In this document: positions 1 to 12,180 of the stretch, piece after piece
Layout of the letters: the number at the start of each line of letters is the position of its first letter
Position numbering within the stretch: position 1 is the first letter of the stretch
Source: Bilabrum cf. latius
Lineage: Eukaryota
DNA length: 64,000 nucleotides
NCBI GenBank assembly: GCA_965178125.1
Contig: OZ237756.1
Coordinates: 496,001-560,000, forward strand
Direction of reading: 5' to 3'
Translations under genes and position numbers: made by a program
The notes under the pieces: model-generated
What the model was told of the DNA's origin: nothing
Seen by the model: the letters and a program-made list of their open reading frames with translations, nothing else
Database searches by the model: none

Positions 1-3000
1 CGGCCGAGGCGGCAGCGGGAGGGGCTCCTTGGTCATTCCTCAGTGGCGCGCTGCTTGCATGCCGCTAGGACGAAGACGAGGGAGCCACAGGCCCGCGCGG
101 GGAGGAACTAAACGTGATGGCGCTCGCGGCGCCGTTGCCGGTTCCGTTGGTTCCGTTCACCACGCGGCCGCCGGCGCCATGCACGGGGGACACGACGCTG
201 TGAAGCTTCTTGCCCTTGCCCTTGCCCTTGCCCTTGCCCCTGCCTCCTCGCCCGATGCCGATGGCAGCAGCTGCCCCGCTCGAGGCGCCGCCTCTGGATC
301 CGGAGCCGAAACTGGCACCCGCCCCCCGACTGCCCTTGCCACTCTGCCCACCCCCCTCCTCCTCATCCTGTTCCGCCCTGGGTGAGCTGTCTGGGTAGGC
401 CACCCGCATGGCCCCGTCGATGTCGTGGTCGAATTCCATGGCGTCGAGCAGCTGGTTGAAGCGCTCCAGCTGGTCCACGACTCGTTCCCTGCTTTCTCCG
501 TCCACCACCATCGGCTCGCCCAGGTCCTCTGTGAGCAGCCGGCAGGTCCTGCCGATATTGATGGCGGTCTCCACCTTGTCTCCGGTGAGCACCCAGGTCT
601 TGATCCCAGCTCGTGCAAGGTCCGCGATGGTGCCGGGGACCCCTTCCTGCAGGCGATCCTCGATGGCCGTGGCACCAACGATCTCAAGGTCCTTCTCCAC
701 GTCGACCGCCACTTCGTGCAGCATCTCGTCCCTGTGGTGCACGTCCTCGTCAGCCTCCTTGTGCCTCTCCTGCCACTCTTCCACCTCGTCCTTGGACATG
801 CGCCTCCGGGCGATCACGAGGGTGCGCAGCCCAGAGGCAGCAAAGTCCCTCAGGTCGTCTTTCAGGGCCTGCAGCTTCGTGCCCTTGAGATCCCCTATGT
901 TGAGCATCGCAGAGTCTGCCCCCTTGCAGTACAGCCAGTACTCGTCATCCCTGGGATCCACCGTGATGACGCTCATCCTCTTCCGCTTGCTCGAGAACTT
1001 GTTCACACCGACCGACTTGAAGAACAGACGCTCGCCCTCCTCCCCATCACCCCCCGCCATGGGGTCCACCCGCACCGTCACCCCGTCGTTTGTCCTTCTC
1101 TCCAGCACGTACCCCATGTCCTTGGCGGCCCCAACCAGCGCCCCTTCGTCGGGCGACTCGGCCTGGTACACGATCTCGGTGCGTGTGCTGCCACCGCCGT
1201 CGTTGGTGCTGGATCCGGTCCGAGACCTCTCTCTTTGCCCACCACTTTGACCACCACTATCACCGCCGGTGCCGCTGTTCCCCGACTCCTGCGCCCCCGG
1301 CGACTCCTCTCCGTCCTCGCCCGACACCTCCACCTGCTCCGGCACAACGGTGTGACACACGGTCAGCACCGTGAGGAACGCGTCAACATCCTACCGCTTG
1401 CAACTGGCTGATGCGGAACCTTTCCCCTCGGCGCCGCGCGGGGACCCCCCTGCGGCGGTCTGCCTCCTCCCCTGCAGGATGTTGGTCATGCCGGCGTCCT
1501 TGAACTTCTTGTCGTTCCGCAGCTCGGGCACCCCAACCGAGGAGGCCCGCCTCGTGCGGCCACGCTGCCTGCCGCCCCCCTGCTTGGATCCAGAATCGGA
1601 ACGCGAGTGGGAGTGGCTTCCTGCCCCGCCCCGCTCCTCGTCCCCTCCCTGCTTCCTCTCCCTCTCCCTCTCGCTGAAGCTGTTGCGGTTGACGCTGCCC
1701 GAGATGGACACCGGGTTGGAGGAGCGGCGCGACGTCTGGGAGATGCGCGCCGGCTCCCTTGAGCCAGCCGGCCGAAGCCTGCGCTTGTTGTTCCGGTTTC
1801 TTTTGCCGCGTCCGTCGCGTGACGAGTGCGCGTCGCCGTCGTCGGTGGAAGGTTCGTCCAGATCGGGCAGCTTGCCGAACTGGACGCCCTTGATGCTGCA
1901 CACCTTGAACTCCATCACGTTGCGGGTGAGCGTGCCCTGTGCGGGGGGGAGGGAACTCAAAGAGAGTGAGGTGCATGAGTCATGTGACGAGTGCGTGCAA
2001 TGGTAGAAAACACGAAGGTGGGCAAAGCGGCAGTGCGGGCATGTGAGCAGCAGCAGGATGGCCACGACATGGGCACTGGGGCGAACAGTCCACCAGCCGT
2101 CAAGAATTCTATCAAAGTCACAGGAAATACGAGCAGTACCGAACTCACGGTTTTGTCGGAGAAGACATACTCGATCTAGCCCAGGTCCTGGTTCAGATTC
2201 GAGGTCCTTGCCTTGGCCGGCGTGTCGGTTTCTGGGTCGTACATCTCCGAGTCGGCGCCCACAAGCATCGCTTGAAGGTAGTTCACCATCTCCACTGTCA
2301 CATAGAGTGAAATCGGGATGCAGTTGTTGTACAGGATGATGAAGGTGAAGAGGTTTCCGATCCAGTCGGGGATCAGCAGATCGAAATCGCCCAGCATGAG
2401 GTATCCGAGCTCTGCCTCGTTCTACGCTTCCCAGATTACCACCGCGATGTCGCTGATGACTGATAGCAGAAGCTGGGCCCCGAAAATCACGCCGATGCAC
2501 AAGTTGATGATCTTCTCCACGTTGGAGAGCTTTGCTTTCCCCACGCCGGCCTTCTTCATGACCTTGGTGTCGCTGCCCGTTTGCATCACCACGCCCATGA
2601 CCCAGTGCGTGTTCCTCAGTGTGCACCCGCGCAGCAGCACGTTGTTGTAGCCGAGGGCCTGCCTGCCCGAGGCTGACTCGCCTGAGGGCGCCTTCTTGTT
2701 CTCGTTCTTGACCTCGAAGCGACCCGTGTACTTGTACAGCTGCGCGTTGGGCGGCATGGCGGTGACTGACACCTAGAGACCTGCGTAGTACTCGAGTTGT
2801 TCCTTGGTCGGCCTCAGGCTCTCGGTCATGTCGCTGAGGGGCGAGTCATCGTCATCATTGTTGTTATTTCCACCGCTGCTGCTGCTGCTGCCACCGGCCC
2901 CGCCGCTGGCTGCCCCCTTTGGCGTGCCGGCCCCGCTAGCCTGCTGCTCCTGCTTGTCGTGTTTGGCCACCTCGTCAGCGTCCATCATAACCGACTCCTG

Positions 3001-4077
3001 CTTCCGCAGCAATGCGCGGCGCCTCGGTTCCGCAATGTCCTGGTTGGACTCTATGCCCTTCTTCTTGATGCTCCTGGCTTCGCTCCTGTCGACGAGCAGC
3101 CCGCCCCCCGGCTCAGACGGACACGCCGCCTGCAGTGCCTTGAAGGAGGCCTTGCCCTTGAGGTCCGTCTCGCCGTCGATGTTGCTCGTCTCGATGTAGC
3201 AGGACCCGTCCGGCTTGCTGGAGTTGATCATGACCAGGTCTGCAGGGATGGGCCTGCCCCCCTTGATCCTGAGCACGTCACCCACCCTGATGTCCTTCCA
3301 GGCGACTTCGCGGTCCCAGTCCCCGTCTTTCGTCAGGACGTCCGCCTTGCGGTTGTTGGTCTCGGCGTCCGAGGCGTGCCGCTTCGAATCCTCGAAGCCT
3401 TCCTTGGCCATTGTGATTCCGAGTACCGCGATGAGGGGGCCCAGCGTGGAGAAAGGGGACAGGGGCGACGAGTACACTTCCGGGAAGTACCACCCGATGA
3501 GCATCATGGCGCTGATGACGAGGAAGTAGAGGTTGGCCACGCGGCGGAACTGCTCGAACAGGTTTGCCAGCGGGAATGTGATCCACTGGTACTTTGAGGT
3601 GCGGATGGAGTTGTCGGTGAACTGAGAGGCCTGGCCGCTGGGATCGTCTCCCCCCATCCAATCGAACGTTCGGTCCGGCTCATCTTCGGCGTGCAGGTTG
3701 CCCGATTCCGCTCGCTTCCTAGGATCCGAAGAGCCCCTTATGCGATTCTTTTGCCCGCTGCTGCTGCTGCTGCTGCTGCCGGTCGCCAAGCCGCTTCCTG
3801 ACTGCGACATGATTCCAACCGAGCCGGTGCCAGCGTTGTGCTCGTCGTCGTCCTTCTGATCCCGATCCTGCAGCAAGTGCTGATGGAGATTTTTACTGGG
3901 CGTATTTCCCATGCGTTGGCTGCCTGTCCCTCCGCCGGTGCTTGCCGGTGGATTATGAGGTGCAGACGGCCGCAACGGGCTCGATAGTTCCAATTGCCTT
4001 TTGAGGCCTGCCACCGGGTTTCTGATACTTGTGCCTGGCCTTGATTTGAAATCAGATGTGTTTCCCGCGCTAGCCAT
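1..4077 (-). CDS. P4-type ATPase (phospholipid flippase), 3' end outside the window
   Basis: Motifs [61 protein letters not shown](TAG)[25 protein letters not shown] and [18 protein letters not shown] intron at 2148-1937 splits DKT/GTLT. In-frame TAGs at 2773, 2422, 2176, 1391 and 65 are read through. Confidence 0.95.
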
Positions 4078-4567
4078 GCAGGTTGCAGTGGTTCACGCCG
4101 TAATGCGTGCGACCCGATACACGATTGCGGCGAAATCCTAGTCGAGTGAGGCCGACTTGCGCGTGCCGCTCAGTGTCGCCCTGCTCGCTCTTCGAAGGTT
4201 ACAGACCCTCTGTATAAGAATGCGTTGTGCGTTCAAACTAGCACTTTCAGCGTCTATCCGCCGAGTTATCGTGTGCTATAGCACTCGTTTGTTCGCGATA
4301 TGTAGGCACACGTTTCAAAATGCTTATATCAGATATGTGTTGAAAGTTCAACCAGACCAAGTATCGGCCGCTCTGAGAATTTTATTGAGCGGCGCATGCC
4401 GAATATACGCTAATAATTAAGCGTTTGTGACTGGACTTACGTTATCTAAAGCTATCTTGGCCGTAGGTTGTTACCTGTTCCACATGCAAGTCCCGGCACA
4501 ATTACCTAGGATCGCGACGTTGTAGAGCATTGAAGCTATCAATCGAAAATTGTGCAACATGTAAAGC

Positions 4568-6018
4568 TCAATCATCTTGATCACTGATGGACTGGCCATC
4601 CGCCTCGAGTAGCTCCGCGCATTCCTCATGTCCTCCCAGCCTGGCCGCCTCCAGTGGAAGCACCCCAGTGCGAGTGCTTCCATCCTCTAGCACCACAGTA
4701 CCCTCGATTTCTAGCCCTCCTGCCAGCTTGCCCAGCCTTAGCCGCTTTCCCAGCTCCATGGGCCTGCCCTCTGCAGCTGCCTAGAACACCATCCCAGCGT
4801 CCCGCCTGGCATCCGCGGCATGCCGCCATCTGACCATGTGGCCGGTCCATCGAGTATAGTGCTTTATGCGGGCCGCAACTTGGTCTGGGCAGAATCGCCT
4901 CGCCGTATCGGCGGCGGTGAGTCCCTTCTGCGAGAGCGGATATATCGCACGAAGGGGGTCCAGAGGAGCATTGACCTCTGGTAGCAAGGCCGGCAACAAT
5001 GGGTGAAGCAGACTGGCGCTTACATTGTTGGTGATTGATCGATCAGCTCCGAACTCCATTAGTAGCACAGCACACGGGAGACCGCCGAACCTGACTGCAC
5101 CATGGAGCGCCGTGCTGCCATCCTGCGAATCATCATGATATGGCGAGCATGCTTTCGGGAATCGAGATGCGATGCAGCATTATAGGTAGATACAAATATG
5201 ATTGCTTGCATGCGATTGATTTGCCGACCTCACAGAATCTTGTTGGTTCATTTTGGCCCCGTTCTCGAGGAGGATTTGGGTGCATGTCGCGCGGCAGCAC
5301 GACGCAGCCGCCATCAACGGTGTCATGCCGCAACAATCTATGTGTATGTCGGCCCCATGTTGGATTAGTAGGCTTAAGCATTTGTCCCTGCCGTACGCTG
5401 CAGCCTTCCACACCGCAGTCTTGCCGTGCTGCGAACTCGGGAATGGGTAAACTTGGACTGAAAAAGCTTGAACAGCTTATGAGCGGCATACTCAGGCAAT
5501 CATTGCAGCAACTACCATGAAAAGAAGTATGATCTATACGATTGGGAGACTGAGACGCAGTATCATACTGGCATGGTACATACTGTGTGACTGCTGCTTA
5601 TTAGTCTTGCCAACTCCACCAATGCATGCTCAGCAAAGCGCACAATGACCCATCACGTCAATTGTAGGCTATATAAGTATATCGTAAAACCTGTTTGGCT
5701 TACTGAATCAACCTCGTCTAGCTTCTTATTAGTCACAGATTGGAGCGCCTAAGCTAGCGCTTCGACACTCCCCTTGTCTGTAGCGGCATGGATCGGATCA
5801 CTCCTGTATTAAGGATACTACATGGAAGTCAATAAACGTGTTGGGCCTGATTGGGCCAGTAACGGGACGCTGGGGGCCGTCAAAGGGCAAATCACAACTT
5901 TAGACGCCGATGGTGCCTGTAGGAAGTAGCCTACTTGCAAACTATTGCCGTCAGAACCAAACGTGTAGCCAGCATTTTCATGTTTAATTGTCCACAATCT
6001 TACATTTTTCCGTCCCAA
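4568..6018 (-). CDS. Multi-exon ankyrin-repeat protein ending in the shared RRDAGMVF(Q)AAAEGRPMEL module; start uncertain
   Basis: Ankyrin repeats GKTAVWKAAAYGRDKCLSLLIQHGAD, GMTPLMAAA, GSTALHGAVRFG and GLTAADTA separated by apparent introns. TAG at 4781 is in frame and the gene ends at TGA 4568. Confidence 0.7.
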
Positions 6019-6852
6019 GAGCAGTCTTTCTGTCCGATGTCCCTAGCCTTTGTGCAATTGCTGCGGCGCGGCGCCAGCAGCGGCACCGCCGGATCAAGGG
6101 ATCCGCAGGCAGGGCTGATCAGGACCTCGATGCGAAGATGTGCGCGGTCACAACAACCAAAAACTATCTCGACAGTAGTGCGACTGTTCGAAGCTGCCCC
6201 GCCGGTACTATCTTGCATAGCCTGCTAGTTGCGGATCCACCCAGAGGCGATCACACGCTTCCTCCTAGGGTAATGAAGGCAGAGAACGACCCCACTGAGT
6301 GCACTGCACTGACAGCACGAGATCGAATAGTTGAAAATCTCTGCGGCTCACTAGAGAAGCAGGGGAAAGTGGTATGTGTGGGAGCAACGCATCAGGGGGA
6401 TAAAGGAAGGGAGCGGGGGAGAAAGACCTCGGCAGGACTTGCAGATCAGGATCTAGATCGTAGGAACACGGGCACTCGGGGGGGGGGTGGGTGTTCTGCG
6501 GGGGCGGCAGAGGATAGTATGGGACGATATATTCCCCTCGCTATATTAATGCATGCCTTTCATGTTGGACGGGTGCTGTGCCGTAGGCCACTGCCAGGCT
6601 CACACCGGCAGGTGTTCTCAATGGGACAGCACGGTGCAATTTCAGGGACCATGCCCCCAATTTTTCCAGCGCATGCCGGCATAGGGGTGGCGCACCTGTT
6701 GCTGACATCGCACCCGCTAGCCCCCTGCAAGGATGCACGCGCTCCCCATGCAGGTGTTGCATCTTGCCAATGCCAGTGGCCTGAAGCGAATCCGCAGTTC
6801 CGGTTTGCATTCATGCGAGGAAATCTACTATCCAAACCATAACTGAAGCCGC

Positions 6853-8669
6853 ATGGCGAATATGGCATCGCCTGACGTGCATGAGTTTAATGTTCCTAAG
6901 CACCATGAGCTTCGTGTACAGACAGGGGCATTGAAGATGCCAGCATTCGCTACTGTATGTTTGTACCACGTTGCCGTACCCGACAAAGCCACAGCTTGAC
7001 TATATGTGCTTGCTCTGATGGTATTTCTTATCCATTTGCAGGTTAGAGGTGGACGATGCGAATTGTTTGGTGCCGAATTAGAGCAAGGACGCAAGACTAG
7101 GCTGCCGCCGCAATCGAGTGTTGCTCTGCATTCATTCAGCGGGTGCAAGGTAAGAGAAATCTCTTGGCAAGTTGCCCAAACTAGCCCGCCAAGACATATC
7201 TACAATGCTAGTTCATAATTTATCCGATGCAGGTTGAGTTGCAAGGCATGTCAACCTTGGTATCGAAGCCGTATGTCGTGGGAGAGACGCCAATGCTGGA
7301 CGTGGCACAGCTGCACGCCCGGTTGACCTTCAGAAGAAGAGAAGCGACAGCCGCGTGGGAGCTGTAGAAAGCGGTGAGCACTGGTGATGCAAAGAGCACA
7401 GCCATGTCATCTTCGTCATCGTCATCGTCATCGTCCTCCTCGTCAGCTGCTGCCGGCGCGAGCACTGGGCCCTCCAAACCGGAACTAGCACCCCGCGAGT
7501 GCGCGCCCATCCCCGCACCCGAGTGCTACGGCCCGCGGGTCATGATCGTGGGAGGCACGGACACGGGCAAGTCGACTCTCGCCCGCACCCTCGCTACGTA
7601 CGCCGCGAGGCTGGCTTACACGCCCGTCCTCGTGGACCTGGATCCGGGGCAAGGGGGCCTGTCCCTGCCGGGGACCGTGGCGGCAGCTCCGATCGATGCC
7701 TCACGGATCGATCCTACCGTCGGGTTCACCGGCCTGCAACCGCTGGTGCACTGCACTGCAAGCACCACACCGGACGCGCACACGAACGTGTACAGGGGCG
7801 CCGTCAAGGCGCTGGCCTCGAGCGTGAGGCACGTGCTCCGATCGAATGACACGGTCCGGGCCTCTGGATGCATCATCAACACGTGCGGGTGGACGGAGGG
7901 CAAGGGCTATTCCCTGCTGCTTGAGGCCATCGCTGAGTTCGAGCCTGACGTGATCGTGGTGATGGTGGGAGGGGCGTTGCTGGCCAACCTTTCGTCACAC
8001 CGAGATGGAATCGTACCGGGGGCGCCCGACGGGCACGGCATGTGGAAGGTAGACCCGAAGAGGGTGGGCAAAGGGGCAGCTGCTTCCGCTGGATCGCTGC
8101 CGCACGTAGGTGGATCAGCGAGCGGGGCTGGTGACCCGGGTGCCTCCGGAGCTGGGATGGGCCTGCCGGGCACTGCTGACGTGGCCGTGAAGAAGATGGC
8201 CGCATCGGACGGAGTGCATAAGCGCAGCAGGGAACAGCGGCGCACGGCCAGGGAACAACGGATCACTCGGTATTTCTTCGGTCCCTCGGGACCAAGGTAT
8301 CTCCCCCTAAGCCCGGCCATCCTTGACCTCAAAGTGTCGGACATCCTCGCCCTGAGGCTGAATGGAGAAACGACCGCCAGCGTGCACCTGGCAGTGGGGG
8401 AGAAATCCATGCTAAAGGATGTTAGGAGCGAGGTGATAGATATCGAGGGGGAGGCCGAGTCCATCGTGAACGACGTCTGGGCCGTGTCAATGGCACCTCC
8501 CGACGCATCGCACGACGAGTTGCACGAGCACCCCGTGGCTGGATTCGTGCAGGTGCTTCAGGTAGATGCAAAGAGGGAGGGTGGGGCGGTGGTGCGGCTA
8601 CGGGTGCCGAACCCTGGTCCGTTGCCGAGCAAGCTCTTTCTGGTCACGGGGCAGTCCTTTGTTGAGTAA
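6853..8669 (+). CDS. CLP1: Clp1 polynucleotide 5'-kinase / mRNA cleavage factor II subunit
   Basis: N-terminal ELRV and CELFGAEL exons with two GT-AG introns. P-loop GGTDTGKSTL, VDLDPGQG and IINTCGW motifs. One in-frame TAG near 7365; stop is TAA. Confidence 0.9.
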
Positions 8670-8748
8670 AGTTGTGATGCTTTCAAATCAAGACGGAAAA
8701 AACGACTTGGATCCCTCTCGAAGTGCAAGCGAAGCAGTTACTGGGCAT

Positions 8749-10269
8749 TTACCGCCCAAATCCACGGATCCTCCTGTCGCCCCGCAGGTCCTTGACCACC
8801 ACTGTGCCCCTCCTCTCCACACCCATGTCCATGATCCGCTTGCCCCTGTTCCCTGGGCTCATCAGGCTACCGAATCTCAGCTGCATCGCGATCTCATCGT
8901 CCGGCGGTTTCTGGTTCTTGCCCTCAACGTATGCCCACCACCCTCGCTCCATATGCTGTTTGGATAACGGAATGCCTGCAACGAACGGGAGGTCGTCAGG
9001 GTGCGGCTCCGAGTCGTCTCTCTTCCCCGTACCGGCGTCTGCAGCGCCTGCGGGAGCAGCAGTGCTTCCAGCAGACTGGGCAGCGTCGGATGCCCCTCCA
9101 CCATCGTGCGATGCATCTTCACCACCGTCATCACCTCCGGCACCGGCACCAGAGGCGGCAGGTGCCGATTCACCAGCACCCTCCTCACCACCATGCGCTG
9201 CACCCTACCCCTCCTCTTCCTCACCGTCCTTCCCCTCCCCCTCCCCACTCGCAGCCCTCACGACCTGTGGGCCGCTGCCATCAGCTCCACTGCCTTCAAC
9301 AGCCTAGCCCAATTTGGCGCTACCAGCGTCCTCGTCCTCACCTTTGCTCGGTGCATCTGCAGCACCAGCAGCCTCCTCTACTCCAGAGGATTCTCTCTTG
9401 ACCCCCGAATCCTCTCCCTTTGCGTCCTATTTCTCTTTTTGCTGCTATTCCCACTCTGATTTCAGCTTGTCGATGGCTGCCTCGCCCAGCCCCAGAGCCC
9501 CGCACCTGGCGATGGCCACCATCAGGTGACCCACGGTCGCATCCTCGTGCATCTCGATCGTCTTGTAGCGCTTGCCGCCCACCAAGGGAAAATTCTTGCC
9601 AATGACATCGATAGACACCGCCTTTCTCCTCTCTAGGTCACGGGTAACCTCCTGCAGGTTTGAGGGGCGCAGGGCGGCGGGCGGGGGCGGTTTCTCGGGG
9701 CCCGGCACATCGGTCGGGAAGGAGGCCGCACCGGCGGTATCCAAGGCATTCTCTGACAGCCGACGGATGAGCTCAGCGACCGCGGCTGCTTTCTCAGCGG
9801 CTGTTCCCTCCCCGCTTCCGCTTCCGCTGCCGCTGCCCCTGCCCCTGGTACCACGAGGCGGGGTGGCGGTGCTGCCTGACGCCCCCGGCTTTGCGGCGGG
9901 TGCCGCAGCCGGCGCTGCTGCCGTAACACCGTCCACGAAAACAAAGCTGCCGCGCTTGAGCACTTTCTCTGCCACAAGGGTTTCGATTTTCGTGGCGCTG
10001 TCGTCTGCCCCCTCGTTGAGCAAGGGGCTGTCGGCGGATTCGCCCAGCCGGAAGGATGGATCGGATGCTGCCGGGCACTCATAGGACTGTGGTGGACTTG
10101 CAAAGTGGTTGAAGGGCGGCATTATGATGGTGTAAACTATTCTGCAGAACATCAGCGAAACAGCTGCAGGCAATGCCATGTTTATTGGCTTGCCGGCTCG
10201 ATGGCTTCCGTCGTTCCTGGTGTGGAGAAACATGCTCACCTTCGACTGTAGCAGGCGCACTATCTGCAA
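8749..10269 (-). CDS. Hypothetical protein, possibly with ubiquitin-like segments; 5' end uncertain
   Basis: ORFs 9445-10269 and 8749-8952 are in the same frame and are joined by TAG read-through. Ends at TAA. Confidence 0.5.
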
Positions 10270-10586
10270 AAGAAGTATGTGATTCTAATACAATATATGG
10301 GGCTGCAATTACACAGATATGTGTGCATGGGCCGCACTACTACCGCGAACTCGGGCAACTTACCTTCTCCTTGAGATCGGTGACAGAGCAACTGGGATCA
10401 ATGTCTGCACGGTCCACCCCCAGCGCGTGCTTAATTCTTAAAAGAAGGCCTTTACTTTTAGGCATCGTATTATCCGTATTTTGCCGCACTGTATGCGATC
10501 AAGCTCATCTGATATATATCGCAAAGTGCACGCATCGAGCACACCAACGGCAACTGCAACCTCTTTGTGCATTCACGCGAAGAAGC

Positions 10587-11972
10587 ATGCTTTCTGCTGT
10601 TGCAATTCTGTCGATCACGATACTGACCGTAGCCTTGGGCCGGCGTGTCCGTGATTCCTTGCTGAATGTCTCTGAGGTCACGTGGCTGCCGGAAGCAGGG
10701 GCATACACGGATCACAACTCCAGGTTTGTCGGATCGCCCAGTCTTGTGAAGGTCGGTAACCGCTGGCTTGCATCGCACGATTATTTCTTTCATACGCCTG
10801 TGGGGACCGTGAGCGTATTTCAGTCGACGGACGAGAGCGGAGTGGAGTGGGAATTCAGAGCGAATTTGACGGGGATCTACTGGGCTCAGCTGTTCGCCCC
10901 CGATGGACCAAACGGGGACGCATACCTCATTGGACCTGAAGGAGATGAAACTGGCAAAGGCAACCTCCGAATTTCGCGGTGCGCCGCGCCATGCGACGGC
11001 AGCGGTTGGGAGGAGCCGTCCACGCTGATCGCTGGGACAGCTGAGCGGATGTTCCATGCGGCCCCCACGCCGGTCGTGCACCACGGTCCCACGGGACAGC
11101 TGCTCCGATCCATGGAGGTGCACGGCACTGCGGTGCCGGAGGGCGATTTGGGCATCGTCATGCTAGCGGCGAGCGCGGGGTGCAGACCGCTGACAACCCC
11201 GGGCTGCTGGGCCGTATCCGATCCGATCCTGTGGAACTCAACCTGGTTGCAACCGGCCGCAACTGCCGCGGGTCTTCATCATCACCAAGTTTGGTCCGAA
11301 GCAGTGCGCGGCACCCTCGGTTCCGCAGCCGAGACGAGGCAGTGGGAGGAAGCCAACGCGATCGTCGATCCTGAGACAAACAATGCAAGCGTCCTCGTCC
11401 GACTCGACGCTCCCCTCCACGGCTGCACCACCATCGACGGTTGCAACCGGGCCGCACTGCTCAGCTGGACCCCAAGCGCCGCCGCCATCACAAGCACAAG
11501 CGACTCGACCGCAACAACCGCCCTGCCACAAGGGCAGCAACTGTCACCGGATGCCGGCTCTCTTCAGTTCAAGAAGATCGTGTCGATGCCCACGGGCTGC
11601 AACAAGTTCATCGTGAGGGCTGATATTGGCGCCGCGCAATCCGGCAACGGAACCTGGTTCTACGCCCTGTCCAACCCGGTGGACAAGGACGGCATCGCGG
11701 CGGGCACGTGCGGGCAAAGGAACCGAGCTGTGCTCAGCAGGTCTCGGGACCTCGAGAACTGGATCGTGTGCGAGCAGGTGCTCTTCGATGACACTGGGTA
11801 CTCGCCTTCGGACAGCGTGGCGCACACAGGCCTGCAGTACATTGATTTCAGGTTCGACGGGGCGGACATTGTGATGGCGATACGTGCGGGGTACAGGGGC
11901 TCTGTGACGTACCACGATGCTAACAGGCTGCTGGTGAAGCGGCTGAGCAACTACGAGGCCTTGTGTGCGTGA
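10587..11972 (+). CDS. Secreted sialidase-like / BNR-type beta-propeller protein, intronless
   Basis: Hydrophobic N-terminus followed by GSPSLVK..WLASHDYF, VFQSTDESGVEW, YWAQLF, LSRSRDLENW, GLQYIDFRFDGADI and YHDANRL, resembling bacterial exo-alpha-sialidase-like proteins. Stop is TGA. Confidence 0.65.
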   Translation: MLSAVAILSITILTVALGRRVRDSLLNVSEVTWLPEAGAYTDHNSRFVGSPSLVKVGNRWLASHDYFFHTPVGTVSVFQSTDESGVEWEFRANLTGIYWAQLFAPDGPNGDAYLIGPEGDETGKGNLRISRCAAPCDGSGWEEPSTLIAGTAERMFHAAPTPVVHHGPTGQLLRSMEVHGTAVPEGDLGIVMLAASAGCRPLTTPGCWAVSDPILWNSTWLQPAATAAGLHHHQVWSEAVRGTLGSAAETRQWEEANAIVDPETNNASVLVRLDAPLHGCTTIDGCNRAALLSWTPSAAAITSTSDSTATTALPQGQQLSPDAGSLQFKKIVSMPTGCNKFIVRADIGAAQSGNGTWFYALSNPVDKDGIAAGTCGQRNRAVLSRSRDLENWIVCEQVLFDDTGYSPSDSVAHTGLQYIDFRFDGADIVMAIRAGYRGSVTYHDANRLLVKRLSNYEALCA

Positions 11973-12180
11973 GTGTCCGGGATTTGGATCTGATTTGGAT
12001 TGTACTGACCTCACCTGGAGTTTTAATTGGGCTTCCTGGAGTGTCAAAACAATTCAGGATGATGTATGATTCGCTTATCAATTTGAAATTGGATTCACCT
12101 TAAATAAAACTATTCATAGGCTATCTATACCGAAACCTTCTAAGTGATTTCAAAGCGGACTAAAGGGCTACCACGACAGC

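Noticed and set aside
5988-6842. 284-aa ORF or mobile-element remnant between the ankyrin gene and Clp1
   Set aside because: No recognisable domain, no repeat partner in the window and no clear termini.
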